Source of the DNA: Bacteroidota bacterium | GTDB lineage: Bacteria > Bacteroidota > Bacteroidia > Cytophagales > Cyclobacteriaceae | Assembly: GCA_039191945.1 (NCBI GenBank) | Contig: JBCCXG010000001.1 | Span: 1-43,074, forward strand | Length of the DNA stretch: 43,074 nt | Direction of reading: 5' to 3' | Shown: positions 7,338-16,496 of the stretch, piece after piece | How the letters are laid out: the number at the start of each line of letters is the position of its first letter | How positions within the stretch are numbered: the first letter of the stretch is position 1 | The notes under the pieces: model-generated | Told to the model about the DNA's origin: nothing | The model's database searches: none | Seen by the model: the letters and a program-made list of their open reading frames with translations, nothing else | Program-made: the position numbers and the translations under genes

Positions 7338-8129
7338 ATGATTCAATACAAGTCGAAGGAAGAGATAGAGCTAATCCGAAAAAGTGCGCTGTTAGTATCG
7401 AAAACCCTCGGTTTGATGGCTTCTCTCATCAAGCCTGGTGTCGTGCCTTTAGACTTGGACAAGATCGCTGAGGAGTTTATCCGTGATCATGGAGGTAAGC
7501 CCGGCTTCCTAGGTCTGTATGACTATCCCAATACGTTGATTACCTCCGTCAATGAGCAGGTGGTCCATGGCATCCCCACGAAGCGCCCCTTGGAAGATGG
7601 TGATATTGTTGGTGTCGACTGTGGCGTACTAATGAATGGCTACTACGGGGATCACGCCTACACCTTCGCGGTTGGTGAGGTCACAGAAGACATCAAGCAG
7701 CTTCTGAAAGTCACAAAGGAAAGCCTATACCTTGGCATAGAGCAGGCGAAGGCAGGCAACCGGATTGGCGACATTAGCTTCGCCATCCAGAGCTATACGG
7801 AATCACATGGTTATGGTGTGGTCCGAGAACTCGTAGGGCATGGTTTGGGCAAAAAAATGCACGAATCACCCGAAGTGCCCAACTATGGCAAGCGGGGCAA
7901 AGGACCGAAGCTCAAAAACGGAGTGGTCATCGCCATTGAGCCAATGATCAATATGGGAACCCGCCGTGTCATCCAACTCCAAGATGGATGGACCATCGTC
8001 ACCGCGGACAAAAGACCGTCGGCGCACTTTGAGCATGATGTCGCCGTGGTAGACGGACAGCCAGAAATACTTTCGACTTTTGACTTCATCGAAGAAGAGC
8101 TGGCAAAAGTTGAGGGCCTACTCGTCTAG
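7338..8129 (+). CDS. map: type I methionine aminopeptidase
   Basis: 263 aa. Metal-ligand context DIVGVDCG, GYYGDHAYTF, GHGLG and IAIEPM. Confidence 0.95.
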   Translation: MIQYKSKEEIELIRKSALLVSKTLGLMASLIKPGVVPLDLDKIAEEFIRDHGGKPGFLGLYDYPNTLITSVNEQVVHGIPTKRPLEDGDIVGVDCGVLMNGYYGDHAYTFAVGEVTEDIKQLLKVTKESLYLGIEQAKAGNRIGDISFAIQSYTESHGYGVVRELVGHGLGKKMHESPEVPNYGKRGKGPKLKNGVVIAIEPMINMGTRRVIQLQDGWTIVTADKRPSAHFEHDVAVVDGQPEILSTFDFIEEELAKVEGLLV

Positions 8130-8145
8130 CTTCGTCCCCTTACCC

Positions 8146-8793
8146 TTACGCTAGGGTCAGCTCCCACAAGAGGCGAGAGACCAGCGAGATAACCAACAAA
8201 GACGTCACCAAACAGCCAAACAACCGCTTCGGGCGATTTTGAGCAGGTCTAGAGATGCCAACCGCTACCCATACCGCATACATCCACCAATAACTGTCAA
8301 GACCAGCCCCTATCACCGATCCGGCAATCGGCAAAATCCTTATAGGTTCGAAGCTATCGGCAGGAAGGATGTTGAGATCTCCTTGAATGAATTGCAGCCA
8401 GATGATCTCAGACCACGCAGGAAAAAGGAAAACGAATTCCGCTATGATGAGGAGCCTTAAGATGTTCCAAAGACTGATACGGTGACGGAATAGGCTGACC
8501 ACAACTGCCAGGCAAAATGAGATGCCTAGCCATCGGCCGAGTACCAGCAGGCCCAAACCGAGCCAACTACCAAGTGCCACAGGCATTGAAACGGTCGGAA
8601 GGAATTGCCCATACCGGACCTGTAGATAGTCTGGTAAGGGATGAGGGCCTTGCATCGACAACAGTGCCATGAGTGACAAATAGACGAGGGCAAAGAGTAG
8701 TACGTTGGTTAGGATCACGGTACGAACGGTCAATCGAACGTACCGTAATGAAATAGTCACATGGTTCATCGGTCCGTGTACCCCGAAGAACAC
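8146..8793 (-). CDS. hypothetical polytopic membrane protein
   Basis: About 5 hydrophobic helices and no catalytic motif. The start is uncertain (GTG at 8793 or ATG at 8769). Confidence 0.45.
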   Translation of the reverse strand: MFFGVHGPMNHVTISLRYVRLTVRTVILTNVLLFALVYLSLMALLSMQGPHPLPDYLQVRYGQFLPTVSMPVALGSWLGLGLLVLGRWLGISFCLAVVVSLFRHRISLWNILRLLIIAEFVFLFPAWSEIIWLQFIQGDLNILPADSFEPIRILPIAGSVIGAGLDSYWWMYAVWVAVGISRPAQNRPKRLFGCLVTSLLVISLVSRLLWELTLA

Positions 8794-8888
8794 TATCAGT
8801 TCTGTGGCTCCGGGACTTTAGGTTGTTACCCTTAAGATCGCCAGAAACAACGACATATACAAAGACCGTTATTTACTAAAGTGCTGAT

Positions 8889-10070
8889 TTAAAGCGATTT
8901 ACTGACATCATAGCTAATATAGAATGCTCGCAATGCCAACATCAAGATGAAGGGAATCAGCGACTGGTGCAAGTCCTGGGGGAATACTACCCAAAAAACA
9001 AGCACACAGGCGTAAAGCACCCCGGTGAATCGGAAATACCTCACCAAAAAAGGCCGATATTTTTCGACCAGCAATAGCCAAATAGCGGGTAAGTGAAAAG
9101 GTATGGCCCAGATCAGGTTGTAGTTCCATTTGGAGAGATGCTCCGTGCCGACCCAAAGGAAGACACAGATACAGCCCAAAAAACCGACCACCGAAAAGAG
9201 CAGAGCATCCAGCCATTTCGATCTTTTTTGCGTCTTGAAGTTGCGATTGGTGATCAGTCCTACCACGAAAAAGACGATGACAAACGTATTGAATGGTGTC
9301 ATCAACCCATTGGCCAGCTCCGGTTCTTCCACATCATAGGGGATGGTTCGCCGGACGAGAGGCACCTGAACGGAATCGCGGTTGATGGATGCACCGGCAA
9401 ATGCATCCCGCACATGAGCCGGCATCATCAGGTACTCGCGGAAGTTAGCTTCCTGATCGATTTGCGAACCCAACAATAAGTCGATCAATAAGTCACCCCA
9501 GGGCTGGTACACCAGGCCATCGTCCATCAAGTCTCGGATCGTCTGCCCCTCCGTCATGAAGGACTCACCGTAGATCACCCGGTCTCGAAGGACGGTATCT
9601 ACCACATCTACCAAGCGGGTGGCACAATTGTCATAGACATAGTTGTATAGGTACTCTCTGTTCTCTGGTCGGTTGTTCTCCTCCAGAAGCTCAAAGACCT
9701 GCTGTACCTCCTGAGGCGTGAAATCTATCACCTGCTCCTGCACCCAACGCTGCTGTCCCAAATAGTGATTTCGAAGCGCCTCATAGTCATTGAATCGACC
9801 GATGCTATAGTAGGTAGTACCCAAGGCATAATTCAGATAGAATCGCTCTTGCTGAAAAGAAAAACGCCCAAAGTCATAAGCAATATCTATCCTTCTCAAT
9901 GGATCATGCACCCTGATTGCAGAGTGGCCCCAAGAAGACCAGAGCTCCGGATCATAGGGCCCTATGGTAACCATCGAAATCTCCGCCTGATCGGAGAGCT
10001 GAATTTGCGCCGATGCCGTTGCCAGGAGTGCAAGCAAAAACAAGGAAATGGTAGTTTTCTTTAATGACAT
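8889..10070 (-). CDS. DUF4105-like protein (periplasmic N-domain plus C-terminal TM helices)
   Basis: Signal peptide. The ISMVTIGPYDPELWSSWGHSAIRV pattern recalls the DUF4105/Lnb N-terminal domain, and the C-terminal third is hydrophobic. Family assignment is from memory. Confidence 0.6.
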   Translation of the reverse strand: MSLKKTTISLFLLALLATASAQIQLSDQAEISMVTIGPYDPELWSSWGHSAIRVHDPLRRIDIAYDFGRFSFQQERFYLNYALGTTYYSIGRFNDYEALRNHYLGQQRWVQEQVIDFTPQEVQQVFELLEENNRPENREYLYNYVYDNCATRLVDVVDTVLRDRVIYGESFMTEGQTIRDLMDDGLVYQPWGDLLIDLLLGSQIDQEANFREYLMMPAHVRDAFAGASINRDSVQVPLVRRTIPYDVEEPELANGLMTPFNTFVIVFFVVGLITNRNFKTQKRSKWLDALLFSVVGFLGCICVFLWVGTEHLSKWNYNLIWAIPFHLPAIWLLLVEKYRPFLVRYFRFTGVLYACVLVFWVVFPQDLHQSLIPFILMLALRAFYISYDVSKSL

Positions 10071-10106
10071 AGGACAATTCAGGTAATCAGCACTTAGGTT
10101 TACCGT

Positions 10107-11129
10107 ATGGTTGCGGGTCTGAATGATAGTTATGCACTGGCGTCAAAACTAACGCTTAATCGCATAAAGAATGCCGCAAGGGTATTTACATCCTACATTC
10201 TTTCGCGCCAAAATGGTCGTCCCGACATTGGGGGTCTACCCATCAGTCTGGCCATCGAACCGACGACGGCCTGCAACCTGCGATGTCCCGAGTGCCCCAG
10301 TGGACTTCGGTCCTTCTCTCGACCGACGGGAAAGCTCAACCCAACCTTTTTCCGTCAAATCATTGACGAATTATCTTCTACCCTAGCCTACCTCACCTTC
10401 TACTTTCAGGGCGAACCGTATCTCAATCCTGCGTTTCTCGAAATGGTGGAGTACGCCTCCAGAAAGGGAATCTATACTGCCACCTCCACTAACGGTCACT
10501 TCCTGGATCGCGAAAGAGCCAGGGAAACGGTCGAATCAGGCCTCGGCCGTTTGATTATCTCCATAGATGGTATCACGCAAGAAACTTATGCTGCCTACCG
10601 CCAAGAGGGGCATTTGGATAAGGTATTCGAAGCCACGGAGAACGTATTGTATTGGAGGCGAAAGCTTGACCGTAGAGGCCCAACCGTGATTTGGCAATTC
10701 CTAGTAGTGAAACCCAACGAACACGAGATCGAGGGAGCGCGACGGCTGGCAAAAAAATATGGCGTGGACAAGCTCGCCCTGAAGACTGCACAGATCTACG
10801 AATATGAAAACGGCAATGAGCTGATACCCACCATCGACAAGTACTCCAGATATCGACAAGCGTCAAATGGCACCTTTCAGATCAAGAACAAGCTCCTGGA
10901 CCACTGCTGGAAGATGTGGAGCTCTTGCGTGATCACTTGGGATGGCCGAGTGGTGCCCTGCTGTTTTGACAAGGATGCGCACCACAGCCTCGGTGCTCTG
11001 AGCCAAAATACGTTTCATGAAATCTGGCATAGTGAGGCCTATCGACTCTTCCGGCAATCCGTTTTGCGGGGAAGAAGTGAAATAGAGATGTGTAGGAACT
11101 GCACCGAGGGGACGAAAATATGGGCGTGA
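10107..11129 (+). CDS. radical SAM protein with C-terminal SPASM/twitch-like Cys cluster
   Basis: CNLRCPEC (CX3CX2C) near the N-terminus. The C-terminus has CWKMWSSCVITWDGRVVPCC (CX12GX4C) and CRNC. Confidence 0.85.
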   Translation: MVAGLNDSYALASKLTLNRIKNAARVFTSYILSRQNGRPDIGGLPISLAIEPTTACNLRCPECPSGLRSFSRPTGKLNPTFFRQIIDELSSTLAYLTFYFQGEPYLNPAFLEMVEYASRKGIYTATSTNGHFLDRERARETVESGLGRLIISIDGITQETYAAYRQEGHLDKVFEATENVLYWRRKLDRRGPTVIWQFLVVKPNEHEIEGARRLAKKYGVDKLALKTAQIYEYENGNELIPTIDKYSRYRQASNGTFQIKNKLLDHCWKMWSSCVITWDGRVVPCCFDKDAHHSLGALSQNTFHEIWHSEAYRLFRQSVLRGRSEIEMCRNCTEGTKIWA

Positions 11130-12250
11130 AAATCGAACGGTGGAAAATAGCCGTCATCGCAGCGCTGCCTATTCAAATATTGCTCGTGGTCTGGGCCTCT
11201 TACCACCCCGAATGGGTAGAGCGTTACTATGCTCATGGATTGTATCCCTATATCTCCTGGGTCCTACGTGCCTCTAGCGGACTTGTTCCAGTGCCGATCG
11301 GTCAGCTCATCTTTTACGCTCTGATCGTCTTGATCCTGGTCCGTCTCTTCTCCTTGGCTCGACAGCGGTGGCGAAAAAAGATTACTGGGCTACAGCTAAG
11401 CGGGATATTAGTGACGGACACCTTGTACTTCTTCTCCATCACCTATTTCCTCTTCATGATCAGCTGGGGGATGAACTATCAGCGACAGCCGGTCTCGACC
11501 GTCGCTGGATTGGACGTTGATGACATCCAGACTCCTGAACTTTACAGTCTTTGCGGTGCGCTGATCGAGAAGTGCAATACGCAACGTGACCTGCTGAGGC
11601 TTGCAGAGGGCGAATTGCCGCTCACGGATAAAGAGCTGCTACAAAAATCCATCGATGGCTTCTCGCAGGCGCCGGAGGACTTCGGATTTCTGCGATACAA
11701 TCTTCCGTCAGTGAAATCGGTCTTGGTCCCTGAACTGATGTCGGCCTTCGGCGTGGCGGGTATCTATTTTCTCTTTACCGGAGAAGCCAATGTCAATATG
11801 GGGCCGCCCAACTTTCTCGTCCCGGCCACTACTTGCCACGAAATGGCTCACCAACTGGGCTATGCATCCGAAGATGAAGCCAACTATATCGCCTATCTCA
11901 CCACACAGTTCAATCCGGACCTTAGTTTCCAGTACTCCGGCAATCTCATGGCGATGAGGTATACCATGCGGGCAATGTACCGAACAGACACTATCCAGTA
12001 CCAGGAGCTGATTGAAGGCGTGTCCAAGGATGTCCTTTCGGATCTGGCCCAGACCAGGGCTTACTGGCGCAGTTTTGACAATCCCATTGAACCCATCTCA
12101 GATGTGATTTATGATCTCTTCCTCAAGGCCAATAGCCAAAAAGCAGGGATCGCCAGCTATAGCCAGGTAGTAAGGCTGTTGGTAGCAGAACACCGCAAAG
12201 GGCGATTGGGCCTCACTCCTCCCGAAGCCCCGTCCAATACTTCTGAATAA
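11120..12250 (+). CDS. membrane protein with HExxH motif (DUF3810-like putative zinc metallopeptidase)
   Basis: N-terminal TM helices, then HEMAHQLGYASEDEAN. The start overlaps the radical SAM stop by 10 nt for the ATG, or by 4 nt for an in-frame GTG (GTGA). Confidence 0.6.
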   Translation: MGVKIERWKIAVIAALPIQILLVVWASYHPEWVERYYAHGLYPYISWVLRASSGLVPVPIGQLIFYALIVLILVRLFSLARQRWRKKITGLQLSGILVTDTLYFFSITYFLFMISWGMNYQRQPVSTVAGLDVDDIQTPELYSLCGALIEKCNTQRDLLRLAEGELPLTDKELLQKSIDGFSQAPEDFGFLRYNLPSVKSVLVPELMSAFGVAGIYFLFTGEANVNMGPPNFLVPATTCHEMAHQLGYASEDEANYIAYLTTQFNPDLSFQYSGNLMAMRYTMRAMYRTDTIQYQELIEGVSKDVLSDLAQTRAYWRSFDNPIEPISDVIYDLFLKANSQKAGIASYSQVVRLLVAEHRKGRLGLTPPEAPSNTSE

Positions 12251-13019
12251 CTTTCAGTAGCTCCGTATGAACCGGACCACCTGCTACGAGCTCTCTTGCC
12301 TCCAGAAAAGCTCCACTTCCTGAGAAATCCGTTACGGTACCGCCTGCCTCCTTAACCAGAATCGCGCCAGCTGCCACATCCCAAGGGTGGAGATTGTATT
12401 CGAAAAATGCTTCACACCGTCCGCATGCGACATAGGCCATATCGGTCGCTGCACTTCCAAGCCGCCGTAGGCCATGCGAATCTTCCATCAGGTGATTCAA
12501 GATTTCTAAGTATTCCTTCAACTTGGAAAAGTTGTACACCGGGAAACCGGTGGCAAAGAGCCCTTCAGAAATTTTTGAGGCGGCCGAGACCCTGATTGGC
12601 TTACCATTCAGATAGGCGCCACCGCCTTGCCAGGCATAAAAGGCTTCGTCCCTATTCACTTCGTAGATCACGCCAACCACCACCTCTTCACCCTGCTGCA
12701 ATCCCACGCTCACCGCAAACATGGGTACACCATGCACGAAGTTGGTTGTCCCATCCAGTGGGTCTATTACCCATCGGTAGGTGGCCTTGGTTTGCTCCAC
12801 CGTATTCTCCTCTGTGAGGAAGCCAGCTTCAGGAAGGAGCTCACGCAGACCGGAAACCAGTTGCTCTTCCGCTCCTTTATCGACGTAGGAGACAAGATCG
12901 CTTTTGCCCTTCAGCTCTACCCGGCCCCGGTCGAAAGCCTGGGCTTCAGTTTTGATAAACTGACCCACTGCACGGGTAAGTTTTGCTACCTCAGCCGTGA
13001 GCTTTTCTAAATCCTGCAT
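12213..13019 (-). CDS. inositol monophosphatase family protein
   Basis: WVIDPLDGTTNFVHG and WDVAAG motifs. Confidence 0.85.
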   Translation of the reverse strand: MQDLEKLTAEVAKLTRAVGQFIKTEAQAFDRGRVELKGKSDLVSYVDKGAEEQLVSGLRELLPEAGFLTEENTVEQTKATYRWVIDPLDGTTNFVHGVPMFAVSVGLQQGEEVVVGVIYEVNRDEAFYAWQGGGAYLNGKPIRVSAASKISEGLFATGFPVYNFSKLKEYLEILNHLMEDSHGLRRLGSAATDMAYVACGRCEAFFEYNLHPWDVAAGAILVKEAGGTVTDFSGSGAFLEARELVAGGPVHTELLKVIQKYWTGLREE

Positions 13020-13030
13020 AGATCCGAAAA

Positions 13031-13714
13031 TTAACGATTCTTTTCCTTCCCTTTCAACACCACGACGATTTCACCCTTCGGCGCCTTCTCCTGAAAATAG
13101 TCCCGGAGTGACATGGGCGTACCATTGACCGTCTCCTCGTGCAGCTTGGTCAGCTCCCTGGAGACTGACACCTCTCGACCCGGGAAGTGCTCCTCCAGTT
13201 GCTCCAGCAATTTGAGCAGTCGATGAGGCGACTCATAAAAAACAACGGTCCTATCCTCTTCTACAAGACGTTTCAACCGGGTTTGACGGCCCTTTTTGTG
13301 GGGGAGAAAGCCTTCAAAAACAAACCGATCACAGGGAAATCCCGACTTCAACAGTGCAGGGACGAATGCCGTGGCGCCAGGCAAAACTTCAAGGGGTAGT
13401 TTAGCTTGCACTACGGCTCTGGTCAGCAAAAACCCAGGATCAGAAATGCCCGGCGTACCCGCATCGGAGACTAAGGCCAAGCTGTCGCCTCGGTTGACGT
13501 CCTCGATAATGGCCGTGAGGCGTTGATGCTCATTAAAGGCATGAAAGCTGCTCAAAGGGGTGTCTACCCCATAGTGCTTGAGTAGGATACCCGTTGTGCG
13601 TGTATCTTCAGCCAGAATGCGGTCCACCGCCGTCAACACTTCTACCGCTCGAAAGGTGATGTCTTTGAGATTACCAATGGGTGTTGGGACGATGTAAACT
13701 TTCCCCGGGTCCAC
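13031..13714 (-). CDS. rsmI: 16S rRNA (cytidine1402-2'-O)-methyltransferase
   Basis: GKVYIVPTPIGNLKDIT N-terminus and a tetrapyrrole-methylase fold. The GTG at 13712-13714 is preferred over the track's TTG at 13750, because it removes the overlap with the upstream gene. Confidence 0.85.
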   Translation of the reverse strand: MDPGKVYIVPTPIGNLKDITFRAVEVLTAVDRILAEDTRTTGILLKHYGVDTPLSSFHAFNEHQRLTAIIEDVNRGDSLALVSDAGTPGISDPGFLLTRAVVQAKLPLEVLPGATAFVPALLKSGFPCDRFVFEGFLPHKKGRQTRLKRLVEEDRTVVFYESPHRLLKLLEQLEEHFPGREVSVSRELTKLHEETVNGTPMSLRDYFQEKAPKGEIVVVLKGKEKNR

Positions 13715-13721
13715 CTTGGCC

Positions 13722-13952
13722 TTATAGCAATTGATCGATCGCAGCGGCAAGCTCGCGATCCTTGTCCGTCACCACATCACCAGCGTCGTGCGTACACAGT
13801 TCGATTTTCACACGGTTGTAGACATTGTACCACTCCGGGTGATGATCAACTTTTTCCACCACAAGGGCGACCTTGGTCATGAAAGCAAAGGCTTCCTTGA
13901 AGTCAGCAAACTCAAATTCCCGTGTAAGCTTATTGTCAACTTCCTGCCACAT
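13722..13952 (-). CDS. 4a-hydroxytetrahydrobiopterin dehydratase
   Basis: 76 aa. DHHPEW...V...L.THD motif typical of the PCD/DCoH family. Confidence 0.85.
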   Translation of the reverse strand: MWQEVDNKLTREFEFADFKEAFAFMTKVALVVEKVDHHPEWYNVYNRVKIELCTHDAGDVVTDKDRELAAAIDQLL

Positions 13953-13966
13953 AATAGAATATTATT

Positions 13967-14230
13967 TTAGAGAGCGATTACATCATTGATTGTGGAAGCT
14001 TCCAAGTACACTGCGATGATGTCATCACTGGTCTGCATCACAGCCTCCACCGTGATACTTATGTACTTACTATTGGCACTTTCTCGAAACTTGATCGACG
14101 CACCTTCTGGGAGGATGGCCAACACTTCGTGTTTTTGGCCAATAGGGGCGATGAATTTAAAGATGTAAGGGCCTGGAAAATCGTGTTGGCTCTCCAACTT
14201 TTCCTTGAATGAAGCCTCGTCGAAACTCAT
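13967..14230 (-). CDS. DUF493 (YbeD-like) family protein
   Basis: 87 aa. FPGPYIFKFIAP pattern resembles the YbeD family. Confidence 0.55.
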   Translation of the reverse strand: MSFDEASFKEKLESQHDFPGPYIFKFIAPIGQKHEVLAILPEGASIKFRESANSKYISITVEAVMQTSDDIIAVYLEASTINDVIAL

Positions 14231-14244
14231 AGACTAAAGAAAGC

Positions 14245-14273
14245 AAAAAGTCCTCCCAAAAGAGAGGACTTTT
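14245..14273 (-). terminator. hairpin terminator downstream of the PPIase gene (A- and T-flanked, possibly bidirectional)
   Basis: AGTCCTC-8 nt-GAGGACT, flanked by A5 upstream and T3 downstream on the plus strand. On the minus strand it is followed by T5. Confidence 0.5.
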
Positions 14274-14298
14274 CCGTGTTTAATATTTTGGGGCTCCC

Positions 14299-16419
14299 TC
14301 AGAAGAACTTGTAGCGATTGTCTTCGATGTCAGCAAATTCCAGAAAAGCATCGTAGATCCGCTGATCGACGAAGGGTTCTTCTCTTCTACGGAAACCTCT
14401 TCTCGTGTTCGTTACGCCACTTTTGTAGGACTCGTAGTCGTCCAGGTCCTGAGCCATCGTTTTGTCACTGAGTTGCAACACTATGACACCATTGTCGGTG
14501 GCGAAGGGTTGAGTGAGCTCTCCCACTTCAAGCGCAAATGCAATCCCTACTGCCTGCGGCGCATAGCCCACCCCAGTGATAGACAGAGTACTCAGAGTCA
14601 ACTCTGCTGAGTTGAGTCTAGCATCATCACCGTAAGTATCTTTCATTTCTTCGAGTGTGCCTTCTAAACCTTGCAGCTTCTCGATAATAATATCCGCCTT
14701 CTTCTCATCGCGGACTTTGCGGGTGATCTCGTTTCGAACGTCTTCCAAGGACGCGATGCCCTTAGGCTGATAGTTCGTCTGTGCCGCCACAATGTAGTGA
14801 TCTGTGGTCTCTAGCACTTCAGACACGCCGCCCTCCTCTGCTTTGTTGAACAACCAATAGACCAGGTTTCTAGCCTCGGCTAATGATCCTACCTGTTCAT
14901 CATTTTGAGAAAGTCTGGTAGCTCTCAAAACATCATATCCCTTCTCCTCAGCAAGACGCAAATAGTCATCATAGGACTTACTCTCAAAAGCAAAAAGGTC
15001 AGCCTCTCTTGAAATGTTGTTGAGGCTTTCATCACTCACGAAAAGCTCTTTTTCGATCTTAGCGACTTTGACCACCTCATTGGACTTAGGCTCTGTGACT
15101 TCAATGATATGGTAGCCAAACTGGGTTTCCACAAGTCGAGGTATGAGACCCGCGCCTCGGAAACCAAAGGCTGCATCTTTGAACTCTTGAACGAAAGCAC
15201 CGTTTTCGCCAAACCATCCCAAATCTCCACCCTGCGAAGCTGTTCCATCTGTGCCATGAATACGTGCCATCTCCGCAAAGTCGGTTCCATTCCTAATATC
15301 TCTCAAAATGCCATTGGCTCGCGTACGAGCCTCTCGCTTGGCAGCATCGCTGTCATCCTCCCACTTAAAAAGGATATGGCGAGCTCGCACGAAGGCTTCG
15401 TCTCCGCCTTCGATGCTTGATAGCTTGAAGATCGTGTAAGTATTCCCGATGAGTGTGGGCGCAGTGACGGATCCAATCGCACTCAGGGTATCAACACCTG
15501 ATGGCTTGGTGCTTGGATTGTAAGTCACAAAAACCTCATTGCCTTCGCTGTTCCTGGTAGCAAATGCCGAGTCGTCTTCCGCTTCCTGTAGACCAACCAT
15601 TAGTGCTGAAATGTCTTCGTATACCAATGCCGAATCTTCCGCTGACGGCACGATATCGAATACCACATAATCCATGCTTTTGGTCTCCTCTCGCTGGTAC
15701 TCATCTGCGTGCTCACTGAGATAGCTTTTCAGCTCGCTGTCAGACACCTCGATCGTGGAGTCTAAGATGGTGAAATAGGGTACGTACAGAAAATCAGCAG
15801 AAGCCGACGAATTCTTGGCCACATAGTCATCCTTGGCCTCGTATTTCGACGCATAGTTGGTGAGCGTCATCAGGTTTTCGAACTTGGTCAACGCCCGCTG
15901 AGGTCGAAGGCTCTCCTCGAACGAGATCCAAGCATCCCGGTTTTGCGGAGGAAGATTAGGAATCTGTTGCAGATAGGACATCAGCTGGTCCTTGTTGAAG
16001 ACACCCGTTTGCGGATCTGAAAAGGCCTGGCGTACTTGTGGGTGGATGTTGTTGCCCTGCACCATCTCCACCATCTCGTCGTCAGTGACCGCGATCCCCA
16101 ACTCATTGTACTGTGGCTCGAATACATTTTCTACAATGAGCCGCTGCCAAGCCTGATTGCGGATCAGATCCATATCCTGAGAGGTAGGGTTCCGACCTGT
16201 ATTCAGCTGAAAGTTGTAGGACAGCTCCTCCACTACCGCTTGGAATTCATCGTACTTTACGGTTGTCGAGGCGATCTCGCCGATCTCGTTACTCTGGCCA
16301 CCCAGGAGTGTTGAGTTGGATTGTAAGAAATCGGTCAAGATGAATGCAGCCATCGAGAATGCGATCACCACAATCACGATTTTGCCCATTCGATTCCTTA
16401 GTGTATTTATCAACGCCAT
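14299..16419 (-). CDS. periplasmic chaperone / parvulin-type peptidyl-prolyl isomerase (PpiD/SurA-like)
   Basis: N-terminal membrane anchor, 706 aa, and a parvulin domain (RARHILF...GGDLGWF...FGYHIIEV). Confidence 0.8.
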   Translation of the reverse strand: MALINTLRNRMGKIVIVVIAFSMAAFILTDFLQSNSTLLGGQSNEIGEIASTTVKYDEFQAVVEELSYNFQLNTGRNPTSQDMDLIRNQAWQRLIVENVFEPQYNELGIAVTDDEMVEMVQGNNIHPQVRQAFSDPQTGVFNKDQLMSYLQQIPNLPPQNRDAWISFEESLRPQRALTKFENLMTLTNYASKYEAKDDYVAKNSSASADFLYVPYFTILDSTIEVSDSELKSYLSEHADEYQREETKSMDYVVFDIVPSAEDSALVYEDISALMVGLQEAEDDSAFATRNSEGNEVFVTYNPSTKPSGVDTLSAIGSVTAPTLIGNTYTIFKLSSIEGGDEAFVRARHILFKWEDDSDAAKREARTRANGILRDIRNGTDFAEMARIHGTDGTASQGGDLGWFGENGAFVQEFKDAAFGFRGAGLIPRLVETQFGYHIIEVTEPKSNEVVKVAKIEKELFVSDESLNNISREADLFAFESKSYDDYLRLAEEKGYDVLRATRLSQNDEQVGSLAEARNLVYWLFNKAEEGGVSEVLETTDHYIVAAQTNYQPKGIASLEDVRNEITRKVRDEKKADIIIEKLQGLEGTLEEMKDTYGDDARLNSAELTLSTLSITGVGYAPQAVGIAFALEVGELTQPFATDNGVIVLQLSDKTMAQDLDDYESYKSGVTNTRRGFRRREEPFVDQRIYDAFLEFADIEDNRYKFF

Positions 16420-16496
16420 GTTCCCATCTTGAAATTAGTCCGCAAAAATAATGAGACGAGGTGAAACACCCTAGCATTTAGGCTTTTCCCAGATAA

